NCBI GenBank assembly: GCA_958296135.2
Contig: CATQHZ020000002.1
Location: forward strand, 32,001-96,000
Origin: an uncultured Poribacteria bacterium
Lineage (GTDB): Bacteria > Poribacteria > WGA-4E > WGA-3G
DNA: 64,000 bases
Direction of reading: 5' to 3'
Below, one piece after another: positions 57,509-64,000 of this stretch (positions are counted from its first letter, which is position 1; each line of letters starts with the position of its first letter). Under the pieces are notes generated by a model. It was not told where the DNA came from, searched no databases, and saw only the letters and a list, made by a program, of their open reading frames with translations. The position numbers and the translations under genes were made by a program.

Positions 57509-59071
57509 TTATATTATTTCTAATAGATCAGCTTGATTATCTTCTACATGTGGATCCATTTTTCTGCTAATTTTAATTCTATCTGGCAATTTAATTAATT
57601 GATTAATTGACTCTGGATTGTCAAAATATTCTTGAGTTATTTGCCAGAATTGTATTTTTTTATATTGAATGCCATTATGATTAAAGTTTCCCATTTTACT
57701 GCCTTCTTCTTTCATTCCAGCACTAACTTTTTCCACAGTAATGAATACTCCGGCTATCGCATTATTTTTCTTTACTGATTGACAAAATGCTCTAACCTGA
57801 GCCAGTGTTGGTTTTCCAGATTTGACTTCTGCTATAACAATTCCATCATTTAGTTTCATATTTTGCGGAACCCATACCTCGACATCGCCAACTCCATCAT
57901 AACCTCCATCATTAGAATTCTGAGTTGGATTTAATCCTATTCTTGTAACCGCCCAATTAGCAAAATCATGATAAGATTTATTATTCTTAACTAATTCATG
58001 AACTTCCTGCATATTGGTCGGATAACCTTCCAAATCATAATCAATACAAGCTTTTAATTTATATCTTTCATATATCCGATCTTTCATTGGTTCAAGAGCT
58101 AGTAATGTAAGATCTATTCCTTCCCAACGTCTTCTTTTTGCTTGAGCCGCATCAATTGTTGTTCCGCAACCAGCAAATGGATCTAAAACTAAATCTCCTT
58201 TATTTGAAGATGCTTCAATCATCATTTCATATAATTTTCTTGGCTTTTGAGTTGGATAACCTGTTCGCTCTTTACTCTGAGTTGCTGTACCAAAACTAGG
58301 TATATCAGTCCAATAATCTGGAGTTGGAATTCCTAAATATTCATCAAGATACTTTCTTTTTCCATGTTCTTTGGTATAAACCTTATATCGTCTTCCATCT
58401 TCATCAATTTTAGGAAATCTTTTTTCAAGATCTTCTTGACTTATATTTTGATACAATCGATTGAAAGTAGACTTATTTGATTTTCTATAAAATAGAATAT
58501 TATCATGCTTTCTTGGATACCCATACTTAGGAGGATTTCCTTTAACTGCATATGTCCAGATTATTTCATTTAGAAAATTTTCGTTATCGCAATTATTTTT
58601 TTGATCAAAAACAGCATCAAAAATTACTTTTAAATAATGGCTTGCTGTCGGATCGCAATGCAGATAAATACTTCCTGTCGGTTTTAAAATTCTATGCATT
58701 TCAACAATTCGTGGCCCCATAAAAGCTAAATATGAACGCATAGCACCACGCCATCCAGTTTCTTTATGTTGCAATAAATAATCACAGCCAATTAGAGCTT
58801 GATCAACTGAACTATAAACCGTATCATTTAATAAATCATCTTTAGCTCTAATCCGAATATCTTCTCTAGAATTTTCTGCCGATTTATCGTAAAACCATAT
58901 ATCGGTAAATGCTTTCTTTTGAGCTTGCGATTCTAAAAAGTCGTTATAATCTCTTCCACTATTAAAAGGTGGATCTGTGCATATTATATCAACTCTATTA
59001 GACTTCATTTCGCGCATTACTTCTAAATTATCGCCAAAATAAAGTTTATTTCTCATTATCATCTCCTTCAA
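57509..59071 (-). CDS. Beta-class DNA methyltransferase fused to a restriction-endonuclease-like domain
   Basis: GDNL, DPPFNS, GYPTQKP and DPFAGCGTT; C-terminal DGGYDG..EVKSG. Confidence 0.88.
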   Translation of the reverse strand: MKEMIMRNKLYFGDNLEVMREMKSNRVDIICTDPPFNSGRDYNDFLESQAQKKAFTDIWFYDKSAENSREDIRIRAKDDLLNDTVYSSVDQALIGCDYLLQHKETGWRGAMRSYLAFMGPRIVEMHRILKPTGSIYLHCDPTASHYLKVIFDAVFDQKNNCDNENFLNEIIWTYAVKGNPPKYGYPRKHDNILFYRKSNKSTFNRLYQNISQEDLEKRFPKIDEDGRRYKVYTKEHGKRKYLDEYLGIPTPDYWTDIPSFGTATQSKERTGYPTQKPRKLYEMMIEASSNKGDLVLDPFAGCGTTIDAAQAKRRRWEGIDLTLLALEPMKDRIYERYKLKACIDYDLEGYPTNMQEVHELVKNNKSYHDFANWAVTRIGLNPTQNSNDGGYDGVGDVEVWVPQNMKLNDGIVIAEVKSGKPTLAQVRAFCQSVKKNNAIAGVFITVEKVSAGMKEEGSKMGNFNHNGIQYKKIQFWQITQEYFDNPESINQLIKLPDRIKISRKMDPHVEDNQADLLEII

Positions 59072-59270
59072 GATCTTTTAAATATAGTTCTATGTCTAGC
59101 GTTTGTTCTACGAATGTATAAGCATCATATAAACCTTCCAGAATTTCTTTAATTTCTGGAACTTTATCCTCACCATGTTTTTCTACAATATCTTCGATCG
59201 CATCAAGTAAATGATCAAGAGCTATATCTACATCTCGTATTAAGCTGTGGTCGAATCTTTCTTCTGGCAT
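59046..59270 (-). CDS. Small acidic protein
   Basis: 74 aa, GGAGG RBS. Confidence 0.55.
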   Translation of the reverse strand: MPEERFDHSLIRDVDIALDHLLDAIEDIVEKHGEDKVPEIKEILEGLYDAYTFVEQTLDIELYLKDLEGDDNEK

Positions 59271-59418
59271 TCGTCCTCCTCCTTGTCAACTACCTTATAT
59301 TCCCACCCATTTCCACCCCAAACTCTAATCATTTCTTTACCTTCTGGCAAATTAATTTGTGCCTGAGAACCTAATATTGCCATCGCAACTTCATAAAAGT
59401 TATACTTTTTCATTTAAT

Positions 59419-60528
59419 TTATCCTACTAGATCTTTGACAGCCTGATATACTCCAGACATTTCTTGCTTATTAAATCTATGAGATATTTGACGTAAAATA
59501 TCGGTCACAGAAAGATCGTGGTCCAGATCTTTCATGGCGAGTTCTACACGTCTTTTAAATGTAAATCTTTGATCGAATTCATCTAGGACTTTTTGAATTC
59601 TGCGTTCGCTAAGTTCTATTTGCTGTTTTGGGAACTCTTCTAGAAGTAATGCGCATAGCGATTTATGATCTACTTTATCAAAGACTTCTAAAACGTTATT
59701 TGCTGTGGCTCTAATAATATTGACATCCAACGGATAGGAAGCCCAATGAATCTTCTCAATACTAGTCGGTTTACATTTAAATAAATGCCATTTGTAATCT
59801 TTATCTTGTAAATACCATACAGATCCTTCTTCACCTTTGAATCCTTTTTCTGTGACTATTAAATTCTTTTCCCATTCTTGCTGTTCTAATTGATAATTAA
59901 AGATATAGTCACAATCATAAACGTTTAATAGTTCTGCGGATGGTATTTTACTGCTATAACTTAATCCCGCCGCCGGATCAATGCTAAAATTAGATGGTGG
60001 ATGTATTTGGATATCGTCTTCCGTCTGCTCCAAAGCAAATAGAAATTTGATATCTAATTTATGATCATACTCAATTAAATGATGATGATCTTTGCCATAC
60101 ATTTCAAATGCGAACCCAGTTAAGAATGGATACTCCTGAAATAATGTTGGTATATTTATGTATTGCACTAAACATAACTTCCATTTGTCAAGAATAACGC
60201 CACGCAAGAATGGAAATAACCGCACCTTAAACGTGGTATAAATATGACCATTATATTTATAACGATACATGAAAATATTAGTGCCATCATACTTTCTATA
60301 CGAGAAAATCCGATACGCACTTGGAAATTTCCAATTACCGCTTTGATTAAATGGATATTTCAACTTTGGTGTTCCATAAATAGTTTGCGGAGCAGGTTCT
60401 CCATTAATTTTATGAATTATCAACGCACCATACTTGTGACCTTTATCCATAGAAATTTCACAATCAAGTTCGTTGCCTGGATTAAAAGGATCACGCTCTA
60501 AGAATTTTCTCGTATTTTTAAATGTCAT
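59419..60528 (-). CDS. ATP-dependent (RNA) ligase-like nucleotidyltransferase
   Basis: Motif I KYDGTN, III FEMYG, IV EEGSV and V FKCK. Confidence 0.7.
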   Translation of the reverse strand: MTFKNTRKFLERDPFNPGNELDCEISMDKGHKYGALIIHKINGEPAPQTIYGTPKLKYPFNQSGNWKFPSAYRIFSYRKYDGTNIFMYRYKYNGHIYTTFKVRLFPFLRGVILDKWKLCLVQYINIPTLFQEYPFLTGFAFEMYGKDHHHLIEYDHKLDIKFLFALEQTEDDIQIHPPSNFSIDPAAGLSYSSKIPSAELLNVYDCDYIFNYQLEQQEWEKNLIVTEKGFKGEEGSVWYLQDKDYKWHLFKCKPTSIEKIHWASYPLDVNIIRATANNVLEVFDKVDHKSLCALLLEEFPKQQIELSERRIQKVLDEFDQRFTFKRRVELAMKDLDHDLSVTDILRQISHRFNKQEMSGVYQAVKDLVG

Positions 60529-60530
60529 GA

Positions 60531-60698
60531 TTAGTCCTCATTTATCCAAAATAATGCAGTTGCTGTAGCTAACGCTACTAACGATAAAAATATGATGGCA
60601 GCCCATTTCATTATTTCAGTTTGAAGATTAAATCCCGCTAGAACTACTCCAACAGGCATCAATAATACTAAAACTGCCTTTCCAAATGATTTTAACAT
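60531..60698 (-). CDS. 55-aa two-helix membrane protein
   Basis: Not in the track; MLKSFGKAVLVLLMPVGVVLAG..WAAIIFLSLVALATATALFWINED*. Confidence 0.5.
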   Translation of the reverse strand: MLKSFGKAVLVLLMPVGVVLAGFNLQTEIMKWAAIIFLSLVALATATALFWINED

Positions 60699-60780
60699 AA
60701 TTACCCCCTATTTGATAACATCAAAAACAAAATAACCCATAAACAAATCGAAGTAAATTCATCCATGATTTAAGCTCCCA

Positions 60781-61641
60781 TTAAATTAATTTAACAGTAT
60801 CACCATATCTTTTAGGAAAGATTACTACTTCTTTGGCTGATTTATGAGTATTTGTTCCTTGATTCCACCATTGATGTTTAATAATAAAATCATCATCAGA
60901 ATAAAGATCAAGAATCAATTCATGATTATTATATGATAACATCCATAAAGAATTACGATTTCTTAATATGTCTCTAAGTTCTTCATGATTAAAATCAGTA
61001 TGAAATTTATGGCTATCTCCATATAAGTTTCCGCGTACTGGATATGGAGGATCAAGATATGTGAACGTATCCGGATACCGATTTAATTGATCTTTGTAAT
61101 CTAAAAGATCTACTGTTATTAATGAATTACGAAAGACATCTAATCTATCAAAGAATGTCATTCGATCATGTTCATATCCTTTTAAATATGCATCCCGACC
61201 AATAATAACATAATTTCTTAAACCAGCAAATGGTATTCCATTCCATGAAAGACAATAAAACAACCATAAATACGCCGCCCGATCAAGATTATTTGTAATT
61301 TTAAAATAATCTTCTTTTTGAAGTTCTTTTAATTCTTCTCTTGTATCACTAAGTAATATTTCTTGTGCTCTTCTAGATAAGTTTTTATTATCAGTTAAAA
61401 TATGCTTCCATAAATTAACCAGCGGTTCAAATAGATCAGATCCAAGCACCCTAATATTTCTACCAGTCAAATACAATTCAAAAGATCCGCCACCAAAAAA
61501 TGGTGATACTACTTCTTTCGTACCTGGAGGTAGAATATTAGCGAAATGTTTTGCTGCTGTAGATTTACTTCCTGGATATCTAAATACTCTATCTACAGAT
61601 CTATTATCTTGTTCAAAGAAATTGAACTGTTTATTAGGCAT
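60781..61641 (-). CDS. Second Dam-family (D12 class) adenine methyltransferase
   Basis: FRYPGSK, SPFFGGGS, YLDPPY and WMLSYN; paralog of 47552..48364. Confidence 0.88.
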   Translation of the reverse strand: MPNKQFNFFEQDNRSVDRVFRYPGSKSTAAKHFANILPPGTKEVVSPFFGGGSFELYLTGRNIRVLGSDLFEPLVNLWKHILTDNKNLSRRAQEILLSDTREELKELQKEDYFKITNNLDRAAYLWLFYCLSWNGIPFAGLRNYVIIGRDAYLKGYEHDRMTFFDRLDVFRNSLITVDLLDYKDQLNRYPDTFTYLDPPYPVRGNLYGDSHKFHTDFNHEELRDILRNRNSLWMLSYNNHELILDLYSDDDFIIKHQWWNQGTNTHKSAKEVVIFPKRYGDTVKLI

Positions 61642-61660
61642 TATTTTTTAGTCTCCTTGT

Positions 61661-61703
61661 TATATTATTAAAATATTAAATTTTCAATCCCTTTTAAATC
61701 CAA
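61661..61703 (-). promoter_or_regulatory. Class II promoter-like element, copy 5 (upstream of the second Dam-like gene)
   Basis: Consensus match. Confidence 0.75.
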
Positions 61704-61728
61704 TATTTTTTGGGGAGCAATAAAAATT

Positions 61729-61871
61729 TTCAACTCCCATATTGGGCTCCGAAAAGTTTTCCCAACGCCGCCTTAAACCCGCCATAATGGGGCTTCTCCA
61801 ACTCCCAATTGGGTTTGGGGCTCCATATAAAGGGGAGCCCATAGTTCATAGGTACTAAATAAAATTGAACT
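61729..61871. repeat. Intergenic direct repeat, similar to about 41692-41836
   Basis: Shared hairpin GGGCTCC..GGAGCCC and downstream ATAGTTCATAGGTAC.AAATAAAATTGAACT. Confidence 0.75.
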
Positions 61872-61884
61872 TTTTATTTTCAAT

Positions 61885-62397
61885 CTATTTACGCGATTTA
61901 TTCTGCTTTAAGTAGTGAGATAAAACTTCCTGAATTACTGGAACTGGTATTAACTGCTTAAGAGCATTTCTCTGTGCTTTATGAACAGCTTTCGTAAAAG
62001 CAAACGGATCATTTTTCTTAAATGCTTTTTTCGGTTGTTCACAAGCACCATATCTTGAAGATCCTGTTATTGTATCAACCGCTTTGGCAATCGCTCTCCA
62101 AGCGTCTTCAGTTTCTTCATATTGAATTGACTCGATCTCCAGACCACCACGCCGATTAGCGGCTTCATTAATACCCGCTAACGTTAATCCTTGAATTGTT
62201 CTTCCACCCGATTTGATCGAGTAGACATAATCCTGAATTGCATGACCTCTCATATCAGCAATAATTGATTCGTCATCAATGATCTGAAGTTTTGTTCCAA
62301 ATTCTTCCAATGGCTCTCCATCGCTAGTCACCGGAATTCCATCGCTTGATATTACAGCTTCTTTATTCTCCATTAGTTTCTCCTTGTTTGTGTTCAT
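61885..62397 (-). CDS. Rad52-fold single-strand annealing-like protein
   Basis: AKAVDTITG..YG..FAFTKAVHKAQRNALKQLI pattern. Confidence 0.55.
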   Translation of the reverse strand: MNTNKEKLMENKEAVISSDGIPVTSDGEPLEEFGTKLQIIDDESIIADMRGHAIQDYVYSIKSGGRTIQGLTLAGINEAANRRGGLEIESIQYEETEDAWRAIAKAVDTITGSSRYGACEQPKKAFKKNDPFAFTKAVHKAQRNALKQLIPVPVIQEVLSHYLKQNKSRK

Positions 62398-62782
62398 TAT
62401 ATATTACTTCAATTTCTAGATCCTGCAAATCCAACTTAGAATGCTTTTTCAAAACATTAAACGTATCTTCTAAAGAATCAGCAATAACTTCCATTGTCTT
62501 TAATCCTTTAAGAGTTATGTTTTCAGATACAATAATAACGCATGTAATTTTATTAGACCCTTCTTCAGACGTAACTAGTAACACCGGATTAAAATCTTCA
62601 AACTCATAACTAGAAGTCATTACCATCATTTTTAAAAAATGAATTTCTAAATCATGTGTTATTCTATCGAATACAGTATACTCTATCGGTTGATCTAACA
62701 AACTAATAAAGTTCTGGCTAGAAACTACCCCAACTCCAATACAAATAACACATAAAATTACGATCAATAATTTATTTGTCAT
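62363..62782 (-). CDS. Hypothetical protein with N-terminal signal/anchor
   Basis: LLIVILCVICIGVGVV. Confidence 0.55.
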   Translation of the reverse strand: MTNKLLIVILCVICIGVGVVSSQNFISLLDQPIEYTVFDRITHDLEIHFLKMMVMTSSYEFEDFNPVLLVTSEEGSNKITCVIIVSENITLKGLKTMEVIADSLEDTFNVLKKHSKLDLQDLEIEVIYNEHKQGETNGE

Positions 62783-63110
62783 TTTGTTTTACCTTATTAA
62801 GATTTTCAGCCATACTTTGAAGATCGTTTCTTCTTAATTCTACTTCTTGTCTAATACTATTAACATGTGCCCGATATAAATAAAGATTATTTTCTGCTAT
62901 TTCATGCGATATAACATAACTTATAAATAGGCGATCTAGAATCTTTCTAATTAAGCGACATTGATCTTCATTAAATGTTGAAGCATTATACATACCTCTT
63001 TCTGATGCGTAATCCAACAGAAAACCTAATTCTTCTTCATCGAAGTTCGTTCCTAATTTTGGATGATCTAATTTACGTAAAATTTGTTCTGGCGTTTGTT
63101 CTTTTGACAT
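62772..63110 (-). CDS. Hypothetical protein
   Basis: 112 aa, AAGGAG RBS. Confidence 0.6.
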   Translation of the reverse strand: MSKEQTPEQILRKLDHPKLGTNFDEEELGFLLDYASERGMYNASTFNEDQCRLIRKILDRLFISYVISHEIAENNLYLYRAHVNSIRQEVELRRNDLQSMAENLNKVKQNDK

Positions 63111-63111
63111 T

Positions 63112-63846
63112 TTATTCTCCTTGATAGAAATAAAACCACTGTTCCATACATAATTGATAAAACAGCTTCTTTGATCTTGAATTAATATCTGCGATTCCTG
63201 GATCGATTATTACTTTAAACCATACTATAAATTCATGTAGCCTACTTATAAGATCATCACTTTTTGAATTCCATTCTTCAAATACTAATTTACAAGCTAA
63301 TTTCCGAAAACTTTCAGTATACTCATCACGCCAACCTTTACTTTCTGTAAGTTGATTAAGTTCTTGAATCTTAAGTATGATGTTATTTGTTCCGCTTGTT
63401 TCTTCCCAAAGCTTTTTTCCATAAGCCGTTGCTTGCTTAATCAACTCAGATTCTCTTTGATACGAATCCTTTGTTTCTCCTTCATCTTTTCCAAGTAAAA
63501 CTACCTTGGTTATCCTTTGTAATTTATGCTTCTTATTTAATGTGACCCGAGCCTGAAATGTTATTTGATCATTTACCTTAAGTATTGAACTCCATTGCCC
63601 ACAATTTAACCATAACTCATCAAATAGTTGACCTTTTACGTTCTCCATTAATGGATAATCGTCACAAATGCTAGCGACTCTATCTGGATCTAGACGAACA
63701 TTTGATAAACATATAATTCTTTGTGGTCCAGCATATCCCATTGTTTTATCAAACTTGGTTACCGTCGCATTAAATGGCCATCTAACACCATCAAGTAATT
63801 TTAAATTATTTCTGTCCATGTTATTGGCTCCATACACTTTGGACAC
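63112..63846 (-). CDS. Hypothetical protein
   Basis: Up to 244 aa; start uncertain. Confidence 0.6.
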   Translation of the reverse strand: MSKVYGANNMDRNNLKLLDGVRWPFNATVTKFDKTMGYAGPQRIICLSNVRLDPDRVASICDDYPLMENVKGQLFDELWLNCGQWSSILKVNDQITFQARVTLNKKHKLQRITKVVLLGKDEGETKDSYQRESELIKQATAYGKKLWEETSGTNNIILKIQELNQLTESKGWRDEYTESFRKLACKLVFEEWNSKSDDLISRLHEFIVWFKVIIDPGIADINSRSKKLFYQLCMEQWFYFYQGE

Positions 63847-64000
63847 TTTCCATTACGAACTCGTTTAAGTAATTTCTTTCTCTTCCATTCTTGCCCACAA
63901 GGGCAAACTCCTTTCCATTTATCTAGTCCGTGTTTAATCGTATGACAAATACTAGCCTTACATCCAATTGATTTCGCCGTCTGCTTCCAATAAAAGTCAT

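Noticed and set aside
1-64000. Alternative genetic code, diversity-generating retroelement, or introns/inteins
   Set aside because: Conserved genes are full length under the standard code and end in TAA, TAG or TGA; no reverse transcriptase is visible; DnaE and TerL have normal lengths.

Overview
A 64-kb segment of a large tailed dsDNA phage with a siphovirus-like tail module; every credible gene is on the minus strand. The host is probably Candidatus Poribacteria, judged from a captured secreted cytochrome-c protein carrying the Poribacteria-type C-terminal domain. Layout: (i) 1-16 kb, virion and packaging module in unusual order (terminase, tail genes, tape measure, then portal, protease and head proteins); (ii) about 16.4-16.9 kb and 37.8-38.4 kb, two inverted copies of an origin-like iteron element; (iii) about 18.9-31 kb, a compositionally distinct island saturated with GATC (roughly 1 per 20-27 bp in hand-counted samples) and almost free of GTA/TAC, built from repeated units of a 50-bp GATC-containing promoter, one to three small genes (winged-helix/HTH and helical paralog families) and a hairpin with a near-invariant GCGGAU loop; (iv) 31-64 kb, two sigma-70 factors, QueD, primase-helicase, tRNA-Tyr, four DNA methyltransferases (two Dam-like), a TGT/DpdA-like enzyme, DnaE, a ligase and a Rad52-like annealing protein. 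The best candidate for an undescribed system is the GATC island together with its promoter family, hairpin family and the phage Dam-like enzymes. All calls come from reading motifs by eye; no searches were run and all counts are manual.
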